DNA of 64,000 nt, taken from the NCBI GenBank assembly GCA_965153355.1, contig OZ231126.1:8804001-8868000 (forward strand), given 5' to 3'. The position numbers were made by a program, and so were the translations under genes. The stretch is from Flaccisagitta enflata. Lineage: Eukaryota. Positions within the stretch are counted from its first letter, which is position 1, and the number at the start of each line of letters is the position of its first letter. Below are positions 50,301 to 62,485 of the stretch, piece by piece. The notes below the pieces were generated by a model, which was not told where the DNA came from, did not search any database, and saw only the letters and a program-made list of their open reading frames with translations.

Positions 50301-50823
50301 TTGCTACAGAAATGAACTCTTGCAGCAAATTATCAATAATAGAGTTCCTCACCTGGCGGACAAGTTCTGGGAAAAACACCATGAATCGTTCGTCAAGGGC
50401 ATCTCCTTCTCCTTTGACCATCTCGTCGATATGATTGAGACATGGGCAATCATCCAACGCAGCAAAGGAGTGGAAAGAGAATCTGCAGCAGTGGTAGTAG
50501 CGGCAGCGTGCGGCAACAAAACTCGAGCATCGTTGACGGAATGCTGCAACGTCTGCAATGACAATCACGCGACGGAGGAGTGCCATCAGCTCCTCGTACT
50601 TGATGTCGACGATAGAGTCCAAAAATTGGCATCCCGTCGACTCTGTTTTCACTGTCTCAACGTCGGGCACTCGGCAAAAGGATGTGCCAATCGACCAACA
50701 TGCCAAATTTGCAACAAACAACACGCTACCATTCTCCATGGACGGACTTACCCCAAGAAGAGCGATGATGAGGAGGTGAAAGAAGGGGGTGACGATGTCA
50801 CCAACGGTGATAAAGATTTGTGA
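47352..50823 (+). pseudogene. gag: BEL/Pao gag, broken by a MITE and several frame disruptions
   Basis: C-terminal ORF 49720-50823 has DYMMWKRKF, WFSGPAKEIV and knuckles CNVCNDNHATEEC, CFHCLNVGHSAKGC, CQICNKQHATILH. Gln-rich middle lies in shifting frames; N-terminal part starts at ATG 47352. Confidence 0.8.
47902..48662. mobile_element. Tc1/mariner-type MITE inside the BEL gag
   Basis: ~110-bp TIRs CACCGTCTTTAAATC... / ...GATTTAAAGACGGTG; TA TSD on both sides. Confidence 0.9.
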
Positions 50824-52730
50824 CGGCAAGTGCAAATCCCATCAACTCCTTCTTTATGTCGTCCTTCTAATCATTCTCATGACTCTATCGTTAATCATTT
50901 TGGGAAAAAATCGTCCTTACGTGTGTCCGCATCTTCGCTGTTTTTTCCTAAACCTTCGAGCGCTTAAAACGTTTAAACAGTAAAATCTCATTGCCAATTT
51001 CTATACGACCATCGATCTCCATTTGCGCCCCACTTGGATCTGGTGAATCTTGCCTCAACTTGGAGGCGAGTGTACGAAAGAGCCATGGAGCGGAGCATCT
51101 TCGAGTTGATGGAGAGTGAAAAAGGCGTCGATTGGGATCTTTGCTAATAAAAGCGGCTCTCGCCGTAAGAAAGAGTCGACTTCGTCTCTTCGACTTTTTT
51201 CCAAATGAACGTTTCCTTCTACCAAATAGTGTATGGACAGATCGAGAAAGACTTTGCGTTTGATATATACGTCGGCGCCTTTTGCTACGCTGCACCGTCG
51301 TGATAGAAGCCTAGGGGGCGTCAGCGGCGTCAATGAGCGTGAATTCATGTCCGGAGGATTCATGTCCGACGCCTAAAAAAGGGAAGAATTCGTCATGGGA
51401 CTGCACGGAGATCGTGTGGATGGATTTGGACACGCAAAAATGGCTAAGTTTTGAGAGAGATAAAGATGGGGGCGCATGGGTTTTTCATTTAGTAGCCTTG
51501 GATATGGATGAATTTTGCTCTGACTTGTTTGACCGATAAAGAGCGCGCGATTTCATGTCTGGTTCTATTTGTCCATGCTATCTTCTCTTTCCTTGATACG
51601 ACATTTGCGCGGTTCGATATCCTAACAAACATTGATTCATTTCATATTAACATATGATTATACACGCTCCAATCGATTCCCTGTCCATTCAGTTCATTCG
51701 TGTCTACCAAAAGCTTCCAACGCAATCGAGTCTTACGTCATTACGCATCCCGAGTGGCTCGTCAACTGCAGTGGCGTCTCCATCGAAGCCTCAAGCCCGG
51801 GTGACCAGTTAAGCCTCAAGTTGCCCTCCGACCTATCGCGGGCATGAAGGCTGGAACCGCAACCCAAGGCCGTGGCGTCGTGGTTCCGCTGCTTGATTTG
51901 TCCACATCACCAAACCCGTCGTCATCCTCTCCTCGCATCTTGCTTCCGTTGACGAGCTGTTGGAGGATCGGGTTGCGCTTCTCTGTAATGGAGACAGTGC
52001 AGGTGATGTGTTCGTTCCTTGTTTGAGTATTTTAAGATACACTCGTTTTTAATTCTAGAATAGTAAATTATTAATTTATCTTTGTTAACGGTGCGGGTTT
52101 GAATTTACGAATGTTTTCGTATATTTTGTGTTTGTGTGTTGTGTTTTGTGTTTTATTTTGTGCTTTTCGTGTGTCTCGTGTTTTCTGGTGTCGTGTTTTG
52201 TGTTGTGTTGTTGTGCGGGTTTTTTTTTGTGTGCGTTCTGTTTCGTGTTTTGTGTTGTGTTTATCGTGTTTTGTGGTTTGTTTTTACCGTTTTGTTTGAT
52301 ATTTTGAATTGTTATTACGAATATTTCGTATGAGTTGTATTTAGTAGTATATGCCCCTTCTTATTATTTCCAACTCTCAAGTCAAATCCCAGGCTTGGAG
52401 TGCTCCAAGGCCTGCCCTTTCCCCTCCCCTAACTTTTACAGAACGGGTGCTCAACCTCCTTGTCGCCGCCTCGCTCTCCATCCGTTTCATCGTTGATCGT
52501 TGAAAAATTGCTGGTGGTGGATCCTTTCCGGACGGGAATCATCATTCGTGCAGTCGTCGATCTGTTGATAGTTAGGGTGGGGATGTAAGAGGCGTGGACG
52601 GGGAGGGGCGGGGGCCATGTCTATGTAAATTTTTTAAGGAAGGTAGTATCGGTTTTTTAGTAGGGTTTCCCCGACCGGAAACTAGATGTCGGATTTTTGA
52701 AATTCGTGAAATTCCAAAAATGGGGCAGAA

Positions 52731-53644
52731 TGTTAGAAATGTATGTTCGTCCGTCTGTTAAGTGTGTGTGCTTTTGTTTCTTTTGCGTGCTTTTGGCTTT
52801 TCCTCTTTTCTTATTATTCAATGCCGGTGTCTTTTGTTTCTCGCCATTTTTCATAATGAAGGCTAGATGGGTAACCATATGGTTATGCCTTGTATTTTAT
52901 GCCATTTGTTTTTATTACGTAAACAAACATACGTAATCGTCTTCGTATCATCCAATTTTGGATTGATTGTTTTTATTTATTTACGGCATTGCTTCCTAAA
53001 GTGATTGATTGATTTTTCGTGATTGATTGAATGTGCCCTTGGAATTTACTAATTTCAATAATCTCTCATCTTTTTATTGCAGATAAACTTATGAACGGAC
53101 AATTAACGTTAGTTTGACATCGACAGACTGTGGGTTGAAACCAACGAAAGTGGGCCTAAAAGTAAGTTTTATAGACGCGTCTTTGCTTTTAGTAACGTTG
53201 TTTTTATCTTGTTCTCCGGTCTGTTATTATTTGTTTTTTGCATTGTTGCATTTTTATCTCCGGATTTTAGCATGGTTTTTAACGTTTGTCCGATCAGCTA
53301 ACTATGGGGATGATATGGATGAATTTAATGGGACGGGCCGGGGCAGGGGCAGGTATTATCAGGTGGCATGGGCTCTGAAGAAGATGAACATGTTGTCATG
53401 TGCTGTTTCTGTCCTTTATTGTGTCCTGTCTCGATTTCATGTTATCTTTTGCGTTTGCTGATCATCATTAACGCCCACTTTCCCTTTTATTTTATCCCCT
53501 CTCTCAGTTGTTGAAATTTTTATGGAATAAACGAGACGGTCACCTTCCTATTTTCCAATTCGGCCACCTTTCTTTCACCACAAGTCGTCAGTCAGCTAGT
53601 TGCCCATGGACAGTGCCAGTTGAAACTCGTGGGCGTAATTTATA
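52731..53644 (+). repeat. 3' LTR (914 bp)
   Basis: Direct copy of 46371-47283, preceded by aaaaatggggcagaa and followed by TSD CTGTT. Confidence 0.92.
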
Positions 53645-53651
53645 CTGTTTT

Positions 53652-53698
<47 letters not shown>

Positions 53699-55516
53699 GT
53701 CTATCTTTCCTTCTTTCTTTCTTTCTTTCTTTCTCTCCTAATTTCTTTTTCTCTTCTCCCTTTCATTCTTTCTGTCTTGCTCTCCCTCGTTTTTTCTCTC
53801 TTTCTTGTTTCCTCTGTTCTTTCTTTCTCTCCTTCTTTATTTGTTTCTTCGTTTCTAGGAAGCGGACACATGACTATATTCCGCCTGTTAGACCTTCCAT
53901 CCGTCTGTCCGTCGGACCGTTGAAATGTAGCCTATTTTGGTCTTTATCATGTCATTTTTAGTCATTTTAAGGTGTGTTTGTGTCTAGTGAGAGCATTTTT
54001 TGTACTACCACTTCGATCCACCCGTCTGCAGCTGTATTTCTTCTTCTTCTTCCTCATGTTAGCTATTCTTCTCCTCGTTCTTCTTCTCTATATCTTCCCT
54101 TCCTTCCTCATCCACTCCTTCACTTTTCCCTCCTCTTCATCCCCCTTAAGTCTTCACCTCATTCTTCTACTTTCAACATAAGATGGAAATGAAAAATGGT
54201 CGATTTGGGAAATCTTTCGTGTACTTCTTAAAAGAACAAGGCCGGATACACGGCTACCGAAGTCGCGTGCGGGTGGGCAGGGGCTATATTTGAGGTTACC
54301 AGACTATTTGGGCAGGAGCATTGAGGTCAAAGAAATAAAATCATAAAAAAGGAAAGTGTGACCGACCGACCGACGGACAAAGCGGATTGTAGAGTCGCGT
54401 GCACGCGACTAAAAATGTTGTGTTGCCGGATTTTGCTCCGGGATTATGTCCTGTGAGTATGTTTTGGGATTACTTTTGATATTACAAAAATAGGTAAATC
54501 GGTGCCCACTTTTCTACGTTCTCTTTTGTATGATACCTGTAGTCTTTTGGAAATATGTTGTTGCCTTCTATGTATCTGTATCACCCATTTTGATACGAAT
54601 AAAAGATCATGCATATGTATTTATGGAATGTTTTTGATATGCAGAAAAACAGTTGGTTGACTGAATCCGCGCGGTTATGAAGGCTTGTCTTTGGTTCAAT
54701 GGCAACTTGTGTCAGGTCAAAGTAACGCGAAACCACTTGTCTTTGAGGATATTCACAAAAATAAAAACAAAAACCAAGTGACCAACCGACCAACAGACTG
54801 GAAAAACGCGCAGTTCAATTACTTCAAAAGCGTGCACACGACATTAATGATTTTGTAGACCACCCGTTGTTCATATTTTGAGTTGGATTTTTGGCATTGA
54901 TAAATTGGTCCCTCCATCATTGCCTCATAGGCATTCAGATAAAGCTCGCCATTTTCGTCATCGTCTTCGTCATCATAACGAGGCCGGATACACGGCTACC
55001 TAGTCGCGTGCGGGTGGGCAGGAGCAGTGCTGGAGAAGGTCACTAGGGCATCTGGGCAGGAGCCTTATGCTAATAAAGCTCAAAAAAGCTCAAAAACGCT
55101 CTTGTGCTGCGTCCATCTACCCTTGGTTTGACTTTCTGTCACTTAGCATCTTTTTAACCTACAGGTTCCACTTTATGTTTGTCAGTCTGTCTCTTCCATT
55201 TCTTTGTTTCTAAGTAGTATGTATATGTAATGTTTATTACCATATGGCATGGCTAGATCAATCTGACAAGTACTGTCTATAAGAGAGAAAAAAAATATCA
55301 ATGTAAACCACAAAGAAAGTCATGCTCGGCAGAATGAGTTGGTCCCTACAAATGCCTTCTAGTGAAGCTTAACTGTATACCTACGCTAAAAAGTAAGCGT
55401 TAACATCGGTCCCATTACTTTACTTAGAGGGAACAGTCCTTAAGTCCCCTAAGTTGGGACTCATACAATTGTTATTATTACCGTTACAATAGGGTATTCT
55501 TTTTAGATGATGGGGT

Positions 55517-55532
55517 GGCCCTAATAAGGGCC
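55517..55532 (-). terminator. Histone 3' stem-loop
   Basis: GGCCCT-TATT-AGGGCC ~35 nt after the H1 stop, followed by ACCCCA and a purine-rich AAAAAAGAA. Confidence 0.88.
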
Positions 55533-55566
55533 ATTGGGGTGTGAACAGCCGACGAAACAAGTAGAT

Positions 55567-56187
55567 TTACTTCTTCTTGGGCGCGGCCTTCTTGGCGGCG
55601 GGTTTCTTGGCCGCAGGTTTCTTGGCTGCGGGCTTCTTGACGGCCTTCTTGGGAGTCTTTTTGGCAGCGGGCTTCTTGGCAGCCGCGGGCTTCTTAGCGG
55701 CTTTCTTAGCCGGAGATTTAGCGGCCTTCTTGGCAGTCGCGGGTTTCTTGGCGGCCTTCTTGGCTGGCGACTTTTTGGCCGCGGGCTTCTTGACGGCGGC
55801 GGTCTTCTTCGGGGTCTTCTTGGCCGCGGGCTTCTTGACGACCTTCTTGGGCGTTTTCTTGGCGGCGGGTTTCTTCTTGGGCTTCTCGACCTTGGCAGCC
55901 TTGAAGGTGCCGGCGTGGCCTTTAGCGGTGACAAGTTTGCCACCGGCGACGCCGCGTTTCAAAGCCAGGTTGAGTTGGGTGTTGGTGGCTTTGGTATCCT
56001 CGACCTTGAAGTTGGCGAGGATGTACTTCTTGATGGCGACCTTGGAGGAGCCCTTCTTATCGGCGAGACCGACGATGGCCTTGGCTATCATTTCGCCGTA
56101 AGAAGGGTGAGCCGCGGGCTTCTTGGGCTTGGCGGCCTTCTTCACTTTTGCGGCCGGGGCGGCGGCAGGAGCAGCGGCTTCAGACAT
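55567..56187 (-). CDS. H1: Histone H1 (linker histone), 206 aa, intronless
   Basis: ATG at 56187 (MSEAAAPAAA..); globular domain HPSYGEMIAKAI..KKGSSKVAIKKYI..LALKRGV..KGHAGTFK; Lys/Ala/Pro tail with TPKK repeats. Confidence 0.97.
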   Translation of the reverse strand: MSEAAAPAAAPAAKVKKAAKPKKPAAHPSYGEMIAKAIVGLADKKGSSKVAIKKYILANFKVEDTKATNTQLNLALKRGVAGGKLVTAKGHAGTFKAAKVEKPKKKPAAKKTPKKVVKKPAAKKTPKKTAAVKKPAAKKSPAKKAAKKPATAKKAAKSPAKKAAKKPAAAKKPAAKKTPKKAVKKPAAKKPAAKKPAAKKAAPKKK

Positions 56188-57360
56188 CTTGAGTGTTTTT
56201 GAGTCTTGAGGAAGGAGATTATAATGAAGGATCGGAGTGTTCGGGTTCAGTTCTTGATCGCTAATCGAATGGCGGATGTGCGTTTGTTCTCCCAACCGAA
56301 ATCACCCCCGATCTTAAGCCGTTTGCTCTCAATGATCGAACCTCGACGAAAGCACGTCGAGGATGATTTCAAATCGGGGGAAAATCAATGCGTGGTTGTG
56401 TTAGTTTGTCATCCTATTCATGGTGTTATTTTTGTGTATAATGTATCAAATGCGATGATTTACATACCATGTTGTACCTGGTGAAGTTCTCAATCTGCTA
56501 ATGTATTTCCTTTCTTAGAAAACTTATATTTCATTAGGTTTTTTAACCCGAGAACACCAGTGTATCTTTATCGCCATTGGGAATAGGATTATTTGTTACC
56601 TTTGATTGTATTTCTACTATTGAGAATAAACCAAGGGGTCATACCGCATTCTTTTCATGTTAAGAGATTCAAAACAAATGTAAACATCGATAAGCAACGA
56701 AAAATCATTTATTTTCCCTTTCGCAATACTAAGAGATATGGTTTAATGTGGTAGTGTCAAGCACACATTTCTCTCTCCCGATCGAGTTTCAATCACGGCC
56801 CGGTCTGGGAAGTTGATTCAACATTTCAGCTAAACAACGATTTCGTATGTTGGCCGATGATGAGTAACAAGGCCAACACCTATAAGTCGCGTGCAGGACA
56901 TGAATAGGACTTAAATTGAGTTGGTGACCTGAAATGACTTAAAATGACTTTAATGACCATATTGACCCTATTGACTTTAGTGACTTGATATATCTTAATA
57001 TGACTTAAAATGCCTTAGAATGACTTAAAATGACTTAAAATGACTTAGAATGACTAATAATGGCATTTGGGAAGGAGCTGCGAGCCCAAAAAGCTTAAAA
57101 ACACCGAAAAAGTAAAAAAGGGGACCAACCGACCGACGGACCGACAAATCGGGGTGTAGAGTCGCGTAGCACGCGACTAAAAAGCTGTTAGACAATTGTT
57201 ATACCTTTACCTTGTTTGTCTTCGTTGTTTGTGTTACTGTTTGTGGTTTTGTTTCATTTTGATTTGTTTGTTTTTTGGTTGGTTTGTTTGTTTCCTGACC
57301 TCGCTATATTCGCCAATTTCCTTCATTACCACCAAAAATCCTTTTCCTTTGTCTTCTTAG

Positions 57361-57444
57361 GTTTGACGGACCCGGTCTCAAACCCGATTTACTTTCAATC
57401 AACTGCGGCACCTATCGCCCACGATGTCTACAACTTTACTCCAG
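57361..57444 (+). CDS. Putative internal exon, 84 nt, phase 1-1: (G)LTDPVSNPIYFQSTAAPIAHDVYNFTP(G)
   Basis: Acceptor cttttcctttgtcttcttag; donor CAG|GTGACA; open symmetric frame; NFT sequon. Confidence 0.5.
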
Positions 57445-58115
57445 GTGACATTTTTAATCTATATCTATGAATTTACGAACCTGAAGAGTTGTGTCAACTT
57501 TGGAAAAGCGCTCCGCCTAAACAAATTCAGCTACTGACTGCAATTGGCATTTACAAGAGTTAAAACAACTTTTTCAAATGACATCAATTTAGTAGCTCAA
57601 TTTGTGCAGCACCTTTCCAAAGTTGATGCTTCTTTTCAGGGGTTGTATTTATAAGCTTTATGGTATATCCTTTGTCAATTTCTTTTTCTATCCCAACTAC
57701 ATCCCCAACCTCACTTTACAGTCTTCTATATGCCATGCTGATGTCTATCTTTTTTGTTGCTGACACGCAACTCTAAAAGAGGTTTTTGTCTGTCCCCCGC
57801 CCGTTGGTCCGTCCATCCTTTGGTCCGTGAGCACAATTCGATAAGTGGGAAAATGAACGTTTTATGAATACTTTTTGCATACGTTTGTGTGTTGGGGGGG
57901 GGGATTGGGGTATGGATGGGGGTTGGACGCCCCTTCCCACCCGTCCGCAACAACATTTGGACCCCGTGTCACTTAGCTTCATTTCACATGTCTCTATCTC
58001 TCCCTCCTGTAGGTCGGCCTGATGAGTTGTCCATCGACCCGACTCACGATGGAGTTTCTGCTATCTTTGTCTCAACCATCTTAATTTCCTATGTCTCTAT
58101 CTCTCTCTCATGTAG

Positions 58116-58283
58116 GTCGGCCTGATGAGTTGTCCATCGACCCGACTCACGATGGAGTTTCGACTTTGCGGCCTTTGCGGACTTTTCCTTCGTTGGCTGC
58201 GGAAGCGGAGGCGGAAGTCGAGTCCATCGATCCAATCTCGGTCTGGACTTCAACGCCTTCCACCGTCGCCAATGAACACTTGG
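58116..58283 (+). CDS. Putative internal exon, 168 nt, phase 1-1: (G)RPDELSIDPTHDGVSTLRPLRTFPSLAAEAEAEVESIDPISVWTSTPSTVANEHL(G)
   Basis: Acceptor ctctctctcatgtag; donor GTAGGT; in frame with 57361-57444. Confidence 0.5.
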
Positions 58284-58976
58284 GTAGGTTGATTAGATAA
58301 CATGTTAGTCAATAGGGAGATTAGTTATTAGGCATTTACTCCTTCCACTGTCGCCAATGAACACTTAGGTTAGTTGAAAGGATAACATGTTAGTCAATGG
58401 CGAGATTAGCTAATACTTATTTGGGCATAAACTTTGTCCAATGTCGCCAATGAACACTGATTAGTTGAAAAAAACATGTCACTCAATGGGGAGAGAAGTT
58501 ATCAGGCACTAACTTCTTCCGCTGTTGCCAATAAACCCGGGAGTAAGTTGAGTTAGTCGATAAGACAACATGTTAGTGAGAACACAGATTAGTTATAAGG
58601 CATGAACTCCTTCCTTTGTCGACGATTTTAATTTGACAAAGAATTCAATAGCCAGTTGGCAGAAATATTTCTTAAAACGAGTAACAATGACTAAAATTAT
58701 AATCAGATAGCTCTACGTGTTTAGTATAGTCTATGAATATTTGTTAAAACAAATAACTACAGATCGCTATTGAATCATGATCAGGCAGCTCTGTATCTCT
58801 GTATGTTCAGTCTGAAGATTCACGCGCAATTTATCAAAACATCGCATGACGTTGTAACTCGTCAATGTAACGCGCCTCTTTTTTGGTAATTGTAATCTGT
58901 CATTGTAACTTGTTTTTATTATTTGTCAGCATGTCAACTTGCCAGGGTAATTTCACTAATCTGTTATTGTTCGTTA

Positions 58977-59198
58977 TCATGCGCCTACATGAACTTTCAC
59001 ATAATAAACAATGGCGCAAAATATCCCCACGCGGGAAGCCTCCAACAAAAGCACAACGATCATGAATCCAAAAATGGGATAAAGCATTTCGTAGTCTTCG
59101 ACCCAGTTGGGCAATTGTAACCAAGAATGCAACAAAATGACGAAGATCATCGTTGTGGTTAAAGACAAGAAAATAAGCGTCAGTTGCCACACGCGAAC
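58977..59198 (-). CDS. Exon 2 of a predicted 4-TM membrane protein
   Basis: Acceptor ttgttctcatggtttag, phase 0; VRVWQLTLIFLSLTTTMIFVILLHSW..YPIFGFMIVVLLLEASRVGIFCAIVYYVKVHVGA*; AATAAA ~56 nt downstream (58920-58915). Confidence 0.7.
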   Translation of the reverse strand, partial: VRVWQLTLIFLSLTTTMIFVILLHSWLQLPNWVEDYEMLYPIFGFMIVVLLLEASRVGIFCAIVYYVKVHVGA

Positions 59199-59621
59199 CT
59201 AAACCATGAGAACAAACAAACGCTTGAAATGGCTCTAAAATGTACTTTGAAGGTTTCCGAAAAATAATGTTGTTCTTGTAAAGAAAAAGGAGTACATTCT
59301 AACTTTTGGAACCATTATTAAGCACTGCCCATGCCCTGCTAAAGTAGTTTATGATTAAAGTTGAGGGAGCAGGGCAGCGGTCCCCAAGGGATCGACGACC
59401 TCTGCTTTCCCACATATGAGGAGAAGGAGGAGGAGAAAACTTTCCATATGTGTGAAAGTGTAGGTTATCAACCCCTTTGGAGCCGTTGCCCAAAAAGTGT
59501 AATGGACCAACGAACCGACGGACCGACGGACAAAGTTGGTTGTAGAGTCACGTTCACGCGGCTAAAATGGCTTACCTTAAAGATTGACCAATCAATCTCA
59601 TTTACAAAGGGATGATAACTA

Positions 59622-60233
59622 CCGGGTGATCAGCCGGAATTGAGTAAATGTATGATGCCATTACTCCTAAATTACAAAAGCAAAATTGTTGGAGATGGTC
59701 TAGAATTGAAAAGAATTGCTGAACGTTTGCTTATCTTCAAAGAAATGTCCCCATAGTATCAAAGAAACAGCCTTCCAAGTTGTATTTCAATATGAGTCCT
59801 TTTGAAAAAGTGGTGCAGTTTTGAGGAAATTCCTCGTCTAATGTCAAGTCATTTCATTTGAGTAGAGATATCTTAGGTAAGATATTTCGGTTCTTATGAT
59901 TTTACTTTCAAAGTTAGATTGATAACTCGTCAATTTGGCACCAAATAACGGGGTTTAGCTCTACCCAATCAACAGATATACTTAAAACATCATCAACAGT
60001 TAATGGGAAAAAGTTTTTTGTCCAAGTTATTCCATTTTTGGCATGAATTCCAAATCTTGAAAAAAAGAATCTACAGCCATTACTTGCATGCCTTTTGGGC
60101 TACATCATCCATCTTTGGCTTAGGGTAAACGTTTATTAATTTTCTTTATTACAAAAACTTGCCCAAATTTCAACTATCAGTTGTTTAGTCTCAGCGTCTG
60201 CAAAGATTTACTCAGTTCCGGCTGATCACCCGG
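59622..60233. mobile_element. Tc1/mariner-type MITE
   Basis: TA|CCGGGTGATCAGCCGGAATTGAGTAAAT ... ATTTACTCAGTTCCGGCTGATCACCCGG|TA. Confidence 0.88.
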
Positions 60234-61203
60234 TATGCAAAAATAAAAAAGACAGTGATTTTCAAAATGAAACCACAAGCTCATTTTTTGGAATTACTTG
60301 AAATCCTTTTAGGTGGTAATAGTATGACAAATTTTTGATTCGGCAAAAAAATCAGAACTCAAAAAAGTTCATTTTTGTAGACGTAGCATCATTTTTTGCA
60401 AAATTTTTCAAATGATGATTCGCCAATTGCATATAAATTTCACATGATATACAATTGTTCCTAGAGGCTCATCTTTTTGAGCAGCCTCATAAATCTTCTC
60501 AGGTATTCAAAGTATGTCAATTTTGTGACAGCAAAAAAAATCAGAACTCAAAAAAGTTAATTTTTGTAGCCCTAGAGTCAATTTTTGTAAAAGTCGTTAT
60601 TTGGAAAAAAGTCGAAGAATACCTTCGGCTTTTTAGACCTGCGGAGGAATTTGGTTTTCCCTTTTTTCCCGTGTGTCTTTTGGGAAAGTTGGTGTTTTTT
60701 TCGGGCCAAACGAGCCTACTTATGAAATTAACAGCTATGAAAGAGCTAATTCTCCCCTTTTAGATGACGCCAAGCAGAATTCTTTGCGATCAATAGTTTT
60801 GGAGCTATAAATTTTTGAATCTTTTTTTATTCTTTCTCATTTTTTGCATTTTCCTAAAAAACGAGGAATCGAGTTAATTGAAGTCTGTTTGAACTTTGAA
60901 ATGTCCTAGGTGATAATAATGCATGCTGGCAGCACAGTCTCTCTCTCATTTTAATTCCGGACTCTATGAGAGGCTTTGTCTGTCAGTCCATCTATCAGTC
61001 TGTTGATCCGTCTGTCCGTCTGAGTGGAAAAGTGGAAAAACAAGCGGTCTAGATACTTGTATGTGGGGGTTGGGGTGGGGTTGGGGTTGGATGCCCCTGT
61101 CCACAACGATATTAGTACCCTGTGGTTCATGTTTTTCTCAATTTCTCTTTTTGTCTCTCTCTCCCCCTCTGTCTCTCTCTCTCCCTCTGTCTGTCTCTCC
61201 CCC

Positions 61204-61238
<35 letters not shown>

Positions 61239-61508
61239 TCCTCTTTCTCTCAGCATTTACGACTTTTTTCCTACGGCGATTAGCCACCTTTATTGGTAAT
61301 GAATTTTTCAAAGTTATAAATATAAAGTTTTTTTCCCTTCTTTTGTTTCTGATGTTTTTTCACAAAAAGTGATGCTACGAGTTCAGATTTTTTTGCTGAG
61401 TAGATAATTTGATTTACTATTACTACTTAAGAGGATGTCACGCAGATAAAAAAGATGAAAGCATAGGAGTATATTGAAGTTACTGTCTTTTTTTCTTTGC
61501 CATGGTTA

Positions 61509-62266
61509 CACCGCTTTTAGATCGGACTGTCGCGAAAAGAACCTACGTTACTCATAAGAAACTTAAGACAACCACCAGATTTATTTTTCTCAGGTAGATA
61601 ATTTGATTAAGTTTTGTTACAAAAAGAGAAAAAAACCTTAGTGTTGATGGATTAGCCTTAATTTCATGGCGAAATTAGTCAATTTCAGCAGGAAATTGTT
61701 TCATCTCATGGGGAAAATAAGATTAGAATAGCTATGGTGCTCTTCCATTTCAACAAGACTGGTCCTGCAGTGATGCTTATGAGAAATTAATTTAGTTTTG
61801 AACTTTTGATGGAAACGCGAGGAGATGTGAATTATTTGAATCAGTTATGACTGATTTTGAACCCAAAACAATTCAAAACCTTAAAATTTGGGAAATTTTT
61901 GGAAAATTTTCTCAAAATCGCTCAAAAATACAATTAGTGAGACCATTTTTAGCTTAGATCATAAAGGACATTACATTTTATCAAATTCAAGACCAATCCC
62001 AGCATCTTGACTCAATTCATTAAGAAATGACAACTATAGGAAATATAGTAAGCAAAAAGTTGTTGGAAAAAAATTTTTAATGTGAAACATGCAATATTCA
62101 TTTAATATAAGTAAGAAGCTTAAACTTATGAATCAGTGGGACATTCTTTGCTAGTAGCAAAACTTTGTCAAATTATCTATCAGGGGAAAAAAGAAAAAAC
62201 TAACTACTATGAATGATTTTGGAGTAATAAAGGTTCTTTTGGCGACAGTCTGATCTAAAAGCGATA
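61509..62266. mobile_element. MITE with termini resembling the 47902 element; right end damaged
   Basis: caccgcttttagatcggactgtcgcgaaaagaacc / ggttcttttggcgacagtctgatctaaaagcg. Confidence 0.65.
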
Positions 62267-62485
62267 ACCGACAACGCAACAGATGTCATGAACAGACAAA
62301 AGTCTCAACCTTGAACCAATCCATGTCATTTCTCAAACGATGAAATATGATCGCCATCAAGATATAATGTATTGTCATGAAGACATAAGAGTTTTACCAA
62401 TTGAACCAATCGATGTTATTTCTCAAACCATGAAAGAAAATAGCCAACAACACATGATGGCATCATGAACAAACAAAATTCTTAC

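Larger units (their letters stand above)
46371..53644 (+). mobile_element. Non-autonomous (gag-only) BEL/Pao LTR retrotransposon
   Basis: Near-identical direct LTRs 46371-47283 and 52731-53644; 5-bp TSD CTGTT; purine-rich tract before the 3' LTR; BEL/Pao triple zinc knuckle; no pol motifs seen. Confidence 0.9.

Noticed and set aside
55521..56202. ORFs overlapping H1 (222, 174 and 140 aa)
   Set aside because: Antisense or alternate-frame shadows of the GC-rich repetitive H1 sequence.
56188..56295. N-terminal extension of H1 in the ORF track
   Set aside because: Starts at a non-ATG codon; MSEAAAP at 56187 is the typical H1 start.
58013..58165. CTGATGAG plus hairpin, twice, as possible hammerhead ribozymes
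   Set aside because: No GAAA core follows stem II on the same strand; better explained as a duplicated exon start.
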